A DNA stretch of 64,000 nt, from positions 7,789 to 71,788 of the forward strand of contig JBBQYG010000001.1 of the NCBI GenBank assembly GCA_038208905.1, in the 5' to 3' direction. This document shows, piece after piece, positions 37,711-47,094 of this stretch. Numbering within the stretch: position 1 is the first letter of the stretch; the number at the start of each line of letters is the position of its first letter. The notes beneath the pieces were generated by a model, which was given only the letters and a program-made list of their open reading frames with translations, did not search any database and was not told where the DNA came from. The DNA is from Candidatus Sumerlaeia bacterium. Lineage in GTDB: Bacteria; Sumerlaeota; Sumerlaeia; SLMS01. Made by a program: the position numbers and the translations under genes.

Positions 37711-39657
37711 CTACTGGCGGCGGCGCGATCCGCCCGCTGGGGGGCCGGGGCGGCGCGGAACCGTCGGATCGCCTTCGAAACCTGTGAATCCTCCACCGGG
37801 CTGCGTGCCCGCCCTTGCGGTGGGAACCGGCGTGGGGGTGATCTTGAGGTGGTTGACCTTGTCGATCATCTTGGTCTTGATCGTGAACCGCTGGACTCCC
37901 AGCGGCGAACTGCCCGCGGGGCCCGCAAGGCTCACGATGTCGTCGATCTCGGGATCGATCAGCGTCCGGCCCTTGAGCTTTTCCTTGATCGCGGAGTTGA
38001 ACGTCGCGGCGTCAACCGACTGCTCGCTCTGGGCGACCACCGTCAGCGAGCCATCGTGGCCTGTCTCGATGTCCACGATGGTGATTCCCGGCGGGCGGGC
38101 CTCGGCGAGCAGCGTCAGCACATCGATCCAATAGTCCCGCTGGCCAACGGCCTTGTTGAGGCCCAGGAACTTGTCGGCGATGTCCTGCTGCTCAGCCTGG
38201 GCATCGGTGAAGCGCTTGGACTGGGCGAAGTTCTTGAGGTACTCGCCCTCCAGCGACGAGGCCGCTGCGCCATATTTGACGGAGTAGTCGTTGCCTGCCT
38301 GGGAGGCGAAGAACACCGTGCCACCCACCACCGCAGCCATGACCGCGGCCACCCGATAGGGGAAGTCGCGGGTGATCTTGCGCTCCTCTGGCAGGAAGTC
38401 CACGCGGCAACTGCCGATGCCCATGCCCTGCAGCGCGAGGCCGATGGCGGGGAGGAACGTTGTGATGGCGCCGAGCGTGTCGGGCCAGCGCAGGGGGCTA
38501 TCCGCGGGGAGTTGGTTGGCGATGGAGACGTTCATCGTCAGCTTTTCCTCGAGGTAGGTGTCGATGCCCTTCATCTGGGCCAGGCCGCCGCCCAGAATCA
38601 CGGAGTCGATCGCCATGCCGTCGGGCTGGGTGATGTAGAAGTCGAGGGAACGGCGGATTTCCGTCACGATGCGGTCGGCGACTTCGGTCGCCGCGGCGGA
38701 GGCGTCCTCGTTGAGTTGGCCCTCGGATTCGAAATCGAAATTGTAGGACATCAACTGGGTGGAGGTGGTCTTGATCCGCTCGGCGTCGTGGAAGCTCTCC
38801 ACGGAGCAGCGCCGCTGGATCGCCTTGGTCATCTCGTTGCCGCCCAGGGGGATCGTGCGGTTGAAGAGGACCATTTCCCCCACGCGCCCGCGGCCCACGG
38901 CGAGGTCCATCGTCGTGGCGCCAAGGTTGATGTAGCCCCTGACTTCCTCGTAAGCGAACTCCGCCGGGGCTTCCTCTTCCGGCGCCGCCTCGGGTTCGGG
39001 CTCGGGGGCTGCCTTGCCCTTCTTGCCAAACTTTGGAATCTGGAAGCCAGCGCCCTTGGCCTTTGCCTTGGGACCGGCGGCTTTTCCCCCGTGGGAGAGC
39101 GCGTCGAACAGCTTGGCGGCCTTGGCCTCGTCCATTCCCACGAATTCAAGCGCGTTGAACACGGCGAAGGACGAGACCCCGATGGCGATGGGCGTCAGGC
39201 CGGTCTTCGCGGCGAGCGCCATGAAGTCACGAACCTCGTCGATTCGGACGGCGGCGAGGAGGACTTCGACTTCGCCCTCGTCGGCTAGTTCGCGGTGCTG
39301 ATACTGGAGGATCGTCTTGTCGAGCGGGAAGGGGATCTGCTGGCGCGCCTCGTACTGGATGATGCGGGCCAGGCGCTCGTCGGAAGTCTTGGGTAGGCGG
39401 AAACGCCGGGTGAAAATCTTCTGTCCAGAGATAGTGAAGATCGCCTTGCGGCTGGAAAAGCGCCCCTTTTTCAGCACTTCGCGGGCAGTCATCGCGATGG
39501 CCTGACGAACCTCGTCGTCGGCCATGCCGGGGGTTGCCCCCGTTGGCGCCGATTCGGCACGGAGGACGCGAACGCCTTTCTTGTCGAGCGCCAATTCGAC
39601 GATCTTGACCGTGTTGAAGCCAAGATCGACGCCGAGGCATTGCTTTAGCAGGGGCAT
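37711..39657 (-). CDS. pilM: Type IV pilus assembly protein PilM fused to a PilN-like membrane domain
   Basis: N-terminal actin-like fold with GVDLGFNTVKIVEL and the FtsA/PilM motifs, interrupted by a Lys/Ala/Pro/Glu-rich insert. After ~420 aa there is a TM (VAAVMAAVVGGTVFF) and a PilN-like periplasmic domain. Confidence 0.8.
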   Translation of the reverse strand: MPLLKQCLGVDLGFNTVKIVELALDKKGVRVLRAESAPTGATPGMADDEVRQAIAMTAREVLKKGRFSSRKAIFTISGQKIFTRRFRLPKTSDERLARIIQYEARQQIPFPLDKTILQYQHRELADEGEVEVLLAAVRIDEVRDFMALAAKTGLTPIAIGVSSFAVFNALEFVGMDEAKAAKLFDALSHGGKAAGPKAKAKGAGFQIPKFGKKGKAAPEPEPEAAPEEEAPAEFAYEEVRGYINLGATTMDLAVGRGRVGEMVLFNRTIPLGGNEMTKAIQRRCSVESFHDAERIKTTSTQLMSYNFDFESEGQLNEDASAAATEVADRIVTEIRRSLDFYITQPDGMAIDSVILGGGLAQMKGIDTYLEEKLTMNVSIANQLPADSPLRWPDTLGAITTFLPAIGLALQGMGIGSCRVDFLPEERKITRDFPYRVAAVMAAVVGGTVFFASQAGNDYSVKYGAAASSLEGEYLKNFAQSKRFTDAQAEQQDIADKFLGLNKAVGQRDYWIDVLTLLAEARPPGITIVDIETGHDGSLTVVAQSEQSVDAATFNSAIKEKLKGRTLIDPEIDDIVSLAGPAGSSPLGVQRFTIKTKMIDKVNHLKITPTPVPTARAGTQPGGGFTGFEGDPTVPRRPGPPAGGSRRRQ

Positions 39658-39923
39658 GTGATGCTAAAGTTTCCTTCCTTGGGGTCGCCGAGCGGTACAA
39701 CAAGCTTGATGGGCCGGGCTGCTGAATCCCGGGCCCCCATGACGGCGCGATTCGCGCTCGCACCAGCAACTGACGACTAGCGCTTGCAAGGGCAACGTCA
39801 ATCTCTCCCCCGGCGGGGCATGGCAGGAGAATGGGCGGACCGGATGGCGGGTGTCCCGCAATGGTCCCCGCAGACTCCGGGGCTCCAACTTTGCCGCCAT
39901 TGCAGAGTGGGGTGGTGCAAGGG

Positions 39924-42050
39924 TCAACGTGATTCCTCCGACCCCGCGACAAACTCCGCCATCGAGGTGGGAAGTTCGAGCGCGGCGACGACGCGCTCCA
40001 CCGCCAGCAGCCGCATCGCGTGGTTGACGGGAAGGCCGCGGCACTCCTCCGGGAGCAGGTCGCCGGGCCCGGCGGATAGCGTCCGGATTGGCGGTGGCTC
40101 CTCGCCCTCCAGCCTCGGCAGCGGCCCCCAGCGATGCTGACCCGTCATGCCGAAAAGCACCATCGCTGGCGCACCAACCGCCTGGGCCAGATGGGCGGGA
40201 CCCGAGTCGCACCCAACAAAGAAGAGCGCACCCGCAAGTAACGCCGCCAACTCGTCCGAATCCAACGCGCCATGCAGGCTGTGGCACCACGGGCGCTTGC
40301 GCAGCGGACCGGCCAGCGCCATGCGTCCCTCTCGCGAGCCGACAAGCAGCACCGGGAAGCCGCGAGCATGCAGCTCGTCGGCCAGTCCCAGAAAACTTGC
40401 GAGGGGCCAGAACTTGTCCCGGCTGTCGGCCTCCACATGGAGCACGGCGTAGGTCCCGGGGTCCGCACCGGCGCGCTCCAGTAAACGCGTGCGGCGTTCG
40501 AGGGCAGGGGCGCTCGGCAGGACGCGCGGGCGTTCCAGCCGGGCGGCGATCCCGAAGGGCGCCAGCAGGTCGAGGATCGCGGCGACCTCGGGCTTTTCCA
40601 TGCTCTTGGCCACCGGTGCGGCCAGCAGGTCGCCCCACACCTGCTCCTTCAGGCCGTTATCCCCCCGCCAGCCGACGACCGGCGCGCCGGCCTGCAGGAA
40701 CAAGGGCGCCGGGGAAATTCCGTGGCAATATGCCAGCAGGACGACATCGGGCACGATGCAATCCAGGAACCGGGCGAATTGCCATGCGGCCCGGGGAGAT
40801 CGCCCTCTCGCCGCATCGGGAACCTCGCGAACGCGCACGTTTTCGGGCACGTTTGCCCTCAACACCGGCGCCGAGACGGGGCCCGCCAGGAGGTCAATCC
40901 GCGTCCCGGGAAAAGCCAAAGCCAACTGCCCCACCATCGGGAGCGCCAGCACGGCGTCACCCAGCATATCGTGCAGCACCACTTGGATCCGGGCCGGGCT
41001 CTCACCCGCTTGGGGAATGGCGCGGTCACCCCGCGAGGCGTGGTGGGCGGCGGCGATTCCGGGGCGGATGGCCTGCTTGGCGGCGGAAGCGAGCGCTCGC
41101 GCGCCCTCCCCCAGCAGCATCCCAACTCGGTCCATCGGCGAGATGCGGGTGTCGGGGTCGTCCAGCGCGTATTCGAGGAAGGCCCACTGGCGCCGCGCCC
41201 AAACCGTCCGGCTTTCCCACGACTGACTCAGTGGGATCCCGCGGCGATAGGTGTCCTCCAGCGCACCGAATGGCGCGAAGGCGATATCTCGCGCGGCGGG
41301 GCGGATTTCCTCCACCAGGCGCTCGCGATTCCAGAAGCCCCGTCCGTCCTGACGGGCGCGCTCCCGGGCGCGGTCGCGGTTGATGCGGTTCAGCGGCAGG
41401 TGGTGCCAGACGAGGGCCGTGGGCTCGACGCCGACCGGGAGCCCCGCGCGGCGGAGCTCTCTCCAGAACTGGGAATCCTCGCGGCTGTACTCGTAGTTCC
41501 ACGTGAGGGAAGACTTGTCGGAGGTGATTTCGCGGAAGGGAAAGTCCGCGGCCAGGCGACGCTCGAAGATCAGGTTGGAGGTCGTGGGAATATCCAGCCG
41601 TCCGCCGAGCTTTCCGAAGAACGTGGGCGTGCTGCACCCGATGGTCCATGCGAGTTCGGGGGAGTACCAGTTGGGCGAGAGCATCTCCGCCGCGGGAAGG
41701 ACAGCTCCACCGGCGGCCACCCATTGGTTGCGATCGAGGGCGGCGAGCAGGCGCTCCAGCCAGAACCGGTCAACCTCGCAATCATCGTCGATGAAGGCCA
41801 CCAGCTCCGAGGTAGCCGCCGCGACGCCGGCGTTGCGGCACTCGGTGAAGGTGCCCTCGGGCCCGGGGATCACGCGGTGGGGAAAGGCGAAGCGCGCGGA
41901 GGCGAGATACTGCTCCGTGTCGTCGGTGGACTGATTGTTGACGATCACCACCTCAGCCGGAAGGGCGGTCCCCGACCCCAGCGCGCCCAGTGCCTGGGCC
42001 AGCAGCGCCCGCCGGTTGGCGGTCATGATGACGACGGAGACAGACCTCAT
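39924..42050 (-). CDS. Bifunctional glycosyltransferase: N-terminal GT2 domain fused to a C-terminal GT9 (ADP-heptose:LPS heptosyltransferase-like) domain
   Basis: N-terminus VVIMTANRRALL...VIVNNQSTDDT...AFIDDDCEV (GT2 DxD region). C-terminal ~330 aa carry GT9 motifs (HVEADSRDKFWPL...GFPVLLVGSREG...FVGCDSGPAHLAQAVGAPAMVLFG). Confidence 0.75.
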   Translation of the reverse strand: MRSVSVVIMTANRRALLAQALGALGSGTALPAEVVIVNNQSTDDTEQYLASARFAFPHRVIPGPEGTFTECRNAGVAAATSELVAFIDDDCEVDRFWLERLLAALDRNQWVAAGGAVLPAAEMLSPNWYSPELAWTIGCSTPTFFGKLGGRLDIPTTSNLIFERRLAADFPFREITSDKSSLTWNYEYSREDSQFWRELRRAGLPVGVEPTALVWHHLPLNRINRDRARERARQDGRGFWNRERLVEEIRPAARDIAFAPFGALEDTYRRGIPLSQSWESRTVWARRQWAFLEYALDDPDTRISPMDRVGMLLGEGARALASAAKQAIRPGIAAAHHASRGDRAIPQAGESPARIQVVLHDMLGDAVLALPMVGQLALAFPGTRIDLLAGPVSAPVLRANVPENVRVREVPDAARGRSPRAAWQFARFLDCIVPDVVLLAYCHGISPAPLFLQAGAPVVGWRGDNGLKEQVWGDLLAAPVAKSMEKPEVAAILDLLAPFGIAARLERPRVLPSAPALERRTRLLERAGADPGTYAVLHVEADSRDKFWPLASFLGLADELHARGFPVLLVGSREGRMALAGPLRKRPWCHSLHGALDSDELAALLAGALFFVGCDSGPAHLAQAVGAPAMVLFGMTGQHRWGPLPRLEGEEPPPIRTLSAGPGDLLPEECRGLPVNHAMRLLAVERVVAALELPTSMAEFVAGSEESR

Positions 42051-42131
42051 GGCGGGAGCATGGACCCGGGGCCCGCGAAGGGGAAGCGGAATCGCGGCGC
42101 CCGGGCGGCGCGGGGGATGCGGGAAGTGCGC

Positions 42132-42240
42132 CTACCACGAATGGACACTGATAGGCACGAATTCTCCCCGCCTGAACCCGATAGAGACCATGCCGCGTGC
42201 TCGCTTCCATTTGCGTTGATTTGTGTCCATTCGTGGTAAC
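42132..42240. repeat. Copy A of a ~110-bp intergenic element bounded by 14-bp inverted repeats (ccacgaatggacac ... gtgtccattcgtgg)
   Basis: Inverted repeats at 42135-42148 and 42223-42236. Internal cacgaat motif. About 75% identical to copy B at 56874-56986, in the same orientation and the same divergent-intergenic context. Confidence 0.7.
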
Positions 42241-42335
42241 CTCCTCCCTGGCGGCATGGAGGCTTGACGGTCAGGCTCGCGGCTCCTTCACTGGGGGCCT
42301 GAAGCAAACCCGCCCCCTGCGAGAACCGACGCGCC

Positions 42336-44429
42336 TTGGCCCTGACCAGCAATCCCGACTACCGCATGATCGCCGCCGGGTCGGCGGCGGATGCGCGGGG
42401 TCCCTCGCTCTCCGTCGTCGTTCGCCTGGCGCGGGGCGCGGCCTATGTGGCCATCGCCGTGTTGATGGGTTACTTCCTCTCCGTTGGCACCATCGAGAGC
42501 CGGTCGTTCTATCTGCTGGCCTTCGCGACCGGCTGGCTGAACCCGGTATGGAGCATCTACGCCCTGGCGATGATGGGGCCGACGTATCTCCTGGACCAGT
42601 CCAAGACACACCTGCTGGCGGGGATCGAGGTGTTCATCCTCGGCATGTTTGCCGGAGAACTTCGCCTGGTGGGGAGGCCGATCCGCGGCGCCAACGCGGA
42701 AGACCAACGCGACGCCACGATGGACGTGGGCGGCGCGGCGCCACCGGTGTATTGGGGCGTATGGCCCCATTATCTGGTGGGACTGCTGCTGATGCTGGCG
42801 GCGTCCTCGCTGGTGGGGCTGCAACTGGTGGTCTTTCGCGAGAACGCGGGCGAGGCGCGCTTCTCCCAGAACAACCTGATCAACGGCCTGAGCCAGATGT
42901 TTTACTTCGCCGCGACAGCGCCGGAGTGGACGCTCAAGTCTCTCTGGAACTGGGCGACCGGCGCGCTGGTCGCCGTGATAGTCGCCCGCCGCGCGACGCC
43001 AATCATCGCGGCGCGATGGATGAAGATCGGCGGCGTGGCGCTGTTGGCGGCGTGCTTCTTTGGATTTCTGGAGTGGCGCGGATGGCTTTCGCTTCATCAC
43101 GTGCGCGCGCCCAATCCCGATCCGCTCCACGCGGGGCGCTTTCAGGGCACCGCCGGCCACGCGGGCTGGTTTGCCCAGTGGATCGTGCTGATGTGGCCGG
43201 GCCTGCTGCTGTGGTGGGCGTGGGGGCGCGGAAAGCGCAACGTCGCCGTGGCCGGCGCGCTGGCGTTCGTGGCCATGGCGCTGGTGCTGACGGCGGCGCG
43301 CGCGGGATGGCTGGGCGCGATGGTGGGCGGGGCGCTGGGCGGCGTGTATCTCTTCGTCCACTACCCGGCGCTGCGGCGGCAACTGCCCAAGGTTCTCGCC
43401 ATCGCAATCGCCATCGCGGCGGTGGGCGTCTTCTTTGGCGGAGATGTGCTCTGGCACCGCGTGACGAATCTGCTGAGGGCGCAGGACCGCGCGAACTACT
43501 ACGTTTCGGGGCTCCTTTTCCTCCGCGAACATCCCTTCGGCCTCGGCCTTGGCACGCACTTCCAGTTCTATGACTGGTGGATCAACCCCTCGTGGACGTG
43601 GGCGCAATTCGACCATGTGGACTCCCACTCGATCTGGCTGCACACCTTCATCGAGAACGGCCCCTTCGTGCCGATGATGATCCTGGCGGGTCTCATTGGC
43701 ACGGTGCTGGAAGTCCGCAAGTCGTGGGCGCTGATGGACGAGCACACCCGCGCCATCCTGGTGGCGCTGTGCCTGGCGCTGGCGGGAATCTTCACCGTGG
43801 GATTCGCCCAGTACCTGCCGTATATACGCATTGTGGAGCTGTCGATCTGGATCGCCTTTGGCCTGCTGGTGGGTATTTGCCGCAAGAAGCGCGCGCGCCA
43901 GGCAGAGCCCGTGCAGAGCGCCCGCGGGCCGCGGCTCCTGCTGCTCTGCGGCGGCGGCGCCCTGCTGATGGCGAGCATGAACGCCCCGCGCGCCGTGACG
44001 AATTCGCTGCCACGCGCCTACTCGAGGGAGAAGGACGGCGCCGTCTCCGTCTGGACGACGGGCGAGTGGCGCACGGTGGTGGATCGCGACATCGACCACA
44101 TCGCGTTCTCGCTGTATCGCAAGGGCTATCCCGACCATAAGGTGAAGGGCCTCCCGGCGCATGGCGCGGTCACCTGGCCAGACGGGCGGCGCGAGACGTT
44201 CACGCTCCAGCCGGAGGAGTGGCGCTACTTCGAAATGCGCCGCGAGAGCCGCACGCCCGAGCGCTGGGCCGCGCCGGAGTTCCTCTCCATCGCCGTGACC
44301 CCGCTCTTTACTCCCGCCGAGTTCGACCCCGGGAGCGCCGACCGCCGGCAGCTTGGCGTCTATCTCAATGGCCTGACCTTCGAGTCGGAACGCCGCGAGA
44401 AGCGCGACGAGCCGATCTGGCGCTATTGA
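42336..44429 (+). CDS. O-antigen ligase/polymerase-family (Wzy_C/WaaL-like) polytopic membrane protein with a C-terminal soluble domain
   Basis: 697 aa. At least 10 TM segments. Periplasmic loop with HSIWLHTFIENGPFV and an FGLGLG block typical of the O-antigen ligase domain. C-terminal roughly 180-aa hydrophilic domain. Confidence 0.65.
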   Translation: MALTSNPDYRMIAAGSAADARGPSLSVVVRLARGAAYVAIAVLMGYFLSVGTIESRSFYLLAFATGWLNPVWSIYALAMMGPTYLLDQSKTHLLAGIEVFILGMFAGELRLVGRPIRGANAEDQRDATMDVGGAAPPVYWGVWPHYLVGLLLMLAASSLVGLQLVVFRENAGEARFSQNNLINGLSQMFYFAATAPEWTLKSLWNWATGALVAVIVARRATPIIAARWMKIGGVALLAACFFGFLEWRGWLSLHHVRAPNPDPLHAGRFQGTAGHAGWFAQWIVLMWPGLLLWWAWGRGKRNVAVAGALAFVAMALVLTAARAGWLGAMVGGALGGVYLFVHYPALRRQLPKVLAIAIAIAAVGVFFGGDVLWHRVTNLLRAQDRANYYVSGLLFLREHPFGLGLGTHFQFYDWWINPSWTWAQFDHVDSHSIWLHTFIENGPFVPMMILAGLIGTVLEVRKSWALMDEHTRAILVALCLALAGIFTVGFAQYLPYIRIVELSIWIAFGLLVGICRKKRARQAEPVQSARGPRLLLLCGGGALLMASMNAPRAVTNSLPRAYSREKDGAVSVWTTGEWRTVVDRDIDHIAFSLYRKGYPDHKVKGLPAHGAVTWPDGRRETFTLQPEEWRYFEMRRESRTPERWAAPEFLSIAVTPLFTPAEFDPGSADRRQLGVYLNGLTFESERREKRDEPIWRY

Positions 44430-44902
44430 TCGATCGTTCCGGAGCGACCGCCGGATTTGTGGCGGAGGCGGACGCGCTCGATCCGCATGTCGCGCTGCAC
44501 CGACTTGAGCATGTCGTAGAGCGTGAGCAGCGCGACGCTCACCGCCGTCAACGCTTCCATCTCCACCCCCGTCTTTCCCGCCAGCTTCACCGTGGCGCGA
44601 ACACGGGCCGCGGAGGGCCGCGCGACCTCCTCGATGTCTATATCGATGGACGAGAGCGCCAGCGGATGGCAGAGCGGAATCAGCGACGCAGTGTTCTTCG
44701 CAGCCATGATTCCGGCGATGCGCGCCGCGGCCAGCGCGTCGCCCTTCCTTGACTTGCCGGAGAACAGCAGCAGCCGCGTTTCCGCCGACATCCGCAGTTC
44801 GCCTTCGGCCACGGCGACGCGCTCGGTCACCGCCTTGCCTCCCACGTCCACCATGCGCGCGGCGCCCTGCTCGTCCAGATGGGTCATCAGCTTCTTTGCC
44901 AT
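44423..44902 (-). CDS. moaC: Cyclic pyranopterin monophosphate synthase accessory protein MoaC
   Basis: 159 aa. MTHLDEQGAARMVDVGGKAVTERVAVAEG...KGDALAAARIAGIMAAKNTASLIPLCHPL...EALTAVSVALLTLYDM matches the conserved MoaC core. Confidence 0.9.
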   Translation of the reverse strand: MAKKLMTHLDEQGAARMVDVGGKAVTERVAVAEGELRMSAETRLLLFSGKSRKGDALAAARIAGIMAAKNTASLIPLCHPLALSSIDIDIEEVARPSAARVRATVKLAGKTGVEMEALTAVSVALLTLYDMLKSVQRDMRIERVRLRHKSGGRSGTIDQ

Positions 44903-44903
44903 G

Positions 44904-46007
44904 CTAATCCTGCCTACTCCCCTGAAGGATGCGCATCACAAGCCGCCGCGAGAGCGCCTCGAACTCCGCCGTGGAATCCGTCAGCGACGCATTCGTGAGG
45001 AGCGCCATCGTCATGCCCGACCGCGAGTCGATCCACAACAGGCATCCCGTATATCCCGTGTGATAGCGAATCCGCCCAGGGATCGACAGGTCCGGCGCGT
45101 AGGGAAGCGTGGTTGGCGAAATCATTCCGCCCTCTGTGATCCAGATGCTTCCGAATCCATCGCAGCGGGGCAGCGAAGTTGCGGGACCGAGCAGGAGGCG
45201 TCGCCACTCTCCGCGGGGGCCGCCGCTCTCCGCCTCCAACCGGGAAACGACGAGGGCGATGCTCTCCGCCGTGGCGAAGAGCCCACTGTGCGCGGGGAGG
45301 CCGACGCCGGACTCCAGCATGAACGCGGCGAGGGGATCGTAGGGTTGGCCGGCAAGCGCATTGCCCGCCTTGTCCACGCCCGACACGGCGACCTGTGAGC
45401 TCTGTGACGGGGCGAACGTGATAGAATCCCCGCCCAGCGGATTCCAGAAATCGTCGCGCAGACGCTCCTCCTTGAACTCCGCCGCAAAGAGGCCAATAAG
45501 CACATAGCCGGAATTCGCGTAGTGGTAGCATCCCCGATTCCGCACGCCCTTCAGCAGGGAGGACACCCCATCCGACAGGATCAGCTCGCGCAACGTCGGC
45601 ATCAGCACCTCGTCGTCGAGCCCGCCGCGGTGCATGCGGAGAACACCAACCCGAGCATCGCCCGGGTGCTTCCCATCGAGCAGGATCGACAGCGGGACGC
45701 CGGCCAGAGGCTTCGCAAGCGAGGCCGTGTCGAAGAGCGTGGCGCGGTCGATGGGAGGAGACTTCTCCGCCATGCCAACGCTTCCAAACGTGTTTGAATA
45801 GACCAGCGCCCCGTTGTGCGCGATGGCGAGCTGGCCCCCGACGATGGGGCCCTCGCGATGAGCGCGCGCGATGTCGGCGTCGAGAGTTGCGAAGGTTCCA
45901 TCCAGCAGGCCGTGATCGGCCTCGCGCGCAGCAATCAGATTGCCACGCCGTGTTGGCGCACAGGCGGTCGCCAGCATCGCGAGCAGCGCGACGAGGATCA
46001 GCCTCAC
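44904..46007 (-). CDS. Serine hydrolase, beta-lactamase/transpeptidase-like family (class C beta-lactamase-related)
   Basis: GTG start overlapping the upstream stop (GTGA). Signal peptide. SxxK motif in TLFDTASLAKPLAG. C-terminal HTGYTG block. A paralogue of the gene at 55553..56803. Confidence 0.65.
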   Translation of the reverse strand: MRLILVALLAMLATACAPTRRGNLIAAREADHGLLDGTFATLDADIARAHREGPIVGGQLAIAHNGALVYSNTFGSVGMAEKSPPIDRATLFDTASLAKPLAGVPLSILLDGKHPGDARVGVLRMHRGGLDDEVLMPTLRELILSDGVSSLLKGVRNRGCYHYANSGYVLIGLFAAEFKEERLRDDFWNPLGGDSITFAPSQSSQVAVSGVDKAGNALAGQPYDPLAAFMLESGVGLPAHSGLFATAESIALVVSRLEAESGGPRGEWRRLLLGPATSLPRCDGFGSIWITEGGMISPTTLPYAPDLSIPGRIRYHTGYTGCLLWIDSRSGMTMALLTNASLTDSTAEFEALSRRLVMRILQGSRQD

Positions 46008-47086
46008 GGCAGCACCGTCGCCAGCCAGGGCTCGGCGCGCGTATAGACATCGCGCGGCGATAGTCCCGCAAGGCAGGCCATGTGGGCGTCGCCCTTCAGC
46101 GGACAAGTCCGCTCCCAGCAGGGCACGCACGCGAGATCGTCGCGCTGGATCGCGAGCTGATCCGCCGCGCCGCCGGTCCACGGATGATTTCGCTGTGCAT
46201 CGGTTCCGCCAAAGAGCGTCAGCACCGGCACGCGAAACAACCCCGCCAGATGCGATGGTCCCGTATCGCTGCCGATGAAGAACTTGCAGAGCGAGATCAG
46301 CGACGCCATTTCGCGCACGCTCGTCGGCGGCGCGGCGAATGCGCGCTCCCTGGCGAGCAGCGATACGATCTCGTCGCGCATCGGCTCTTCCTTCGGTCCC
46401 CACAGCACGATGGGGCGCAGGCCGCTTCGCGCGGCGATGAGCCGTGCCAATTCGGCGAAGCGCGCGGGTGCCCAGCGCTTGCTGGCGAAACCCGCGCCGG
46501 GATTCACCGCGAGGAGGGGTTCGCCCTTCCAACCGGCCCCGCTCAGGCTCGCACCGATGGCCTCGCGCTCCGCGTCGCGAATGCCGATGCGGCCCCGCGG
46601 GGGGACGCGCGGCACCTCCAGGCCCAGGCCTTCCAGCAGGCGCAGGTTCTGCTGCGTCACATGCACGTCGCTGGCCTCGGGGCGGACGCGGCGGTTGTTG
46701 AAGAGGAAGTCCACTTCCCGCGAGTTGGGCCCCGCGAATCCCACCCGAGTCCGCGCGCCACAGGCCCACGCCGCGAGGCCGCCTTTGGTGATCCCCTGCA
46801 AGTCCAGCGACGCGTCCCAGCCCTCCTCGCGAACTGCGCGAAAGAAGGGGCGGATCTCCGACCGGTACATCGCCCGGAATTTCCCGCGCCAGCGGCGCCG
46901 GGGGATTGTATAGACGCGGTCGAGGGCCGGGTGATTTTCGAGGAGTGGCGCGCTGAGCTCCTCCACGAGCCAACCGATGCGCGCGCCGGGGAGCTGATCC
47001 CGCAACGCATCGAGCACCGGAAGCGCATGGATCACGTCGCCAATGGCCGACAGCCGCACAACGAGAACGGAGGTAGGTTTCGTCAT
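46004..47086 (-). CDS. ADP-heptose:LPS heptosyltransferase (GT9)
   Basis: ATG at 47084-47086 (MTKPTSVLVVRLSAIGDVIHALPVL, the canonical RfaF/RfaC N-terminus). C-terminus FIGSDTGPSHLAGLFRVPVLTLFG. Confidence 0.8.
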   Translation of the reverse strand: MTKPTSVLVVRLSAIGDVIHALPVLDALRDQLPGARIGWLVEELSAPLLENHPALDRVYTIPRRRWRGKFRAMYRSEIRPFFRAVREEGWDASLDLQGITKGGLAAWACGARTRVGFAGPNSREVDFLFNNRRVRPEASDVHVTQQNLRLLEGLGLEVPRVPPRGRIGIRDAEREAIGASLSGAGWKGEPLLAVNPGAGFASKRWAPARFAELARLIAARSGLRPIVLWGPKEEPMRDEIVSLLARERAFAAPPTSVREMASLISLCKFFIGSDTGPSHLAGLFRVPVLTLFGGTDAQRNHPWTGGAADQLAIQRDDLACVPCWERTCPLKGDAHMACLAGLSPRDVYTRAEPWLATVLP

Positions 47087-47094
47087 TCCGTGGA

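Noticed and set aside
39665-39760. tRNA-like segment upstream of the pilM-N gene, ending ...gattcgcgctcgcacca (T-loop-like GATTCGC and a 3' CACCA)
   Set aside because: It cannot be folded into a cloverleaf. The putative acceptor stem (gccgagc/gctcgca) mismatches at two positions. No D-arm or 7-nt anticodon loop can be placed.
42047-42352. ORF-track peptides at 42047..42352(-) and 56861..57220(-) share HEWT(Q/R)I(N/T)NG and (E/K)NSCLSVSI(R/C)G, suggesting a small conserved protein
   Set aside because: The similarity is confined to the ~110-bp inverted-repeat element. Outside it the ORFs are unrelated, and both overlap intergenic promoter regions. The element is better explained as a repeated DNA/RNA element.
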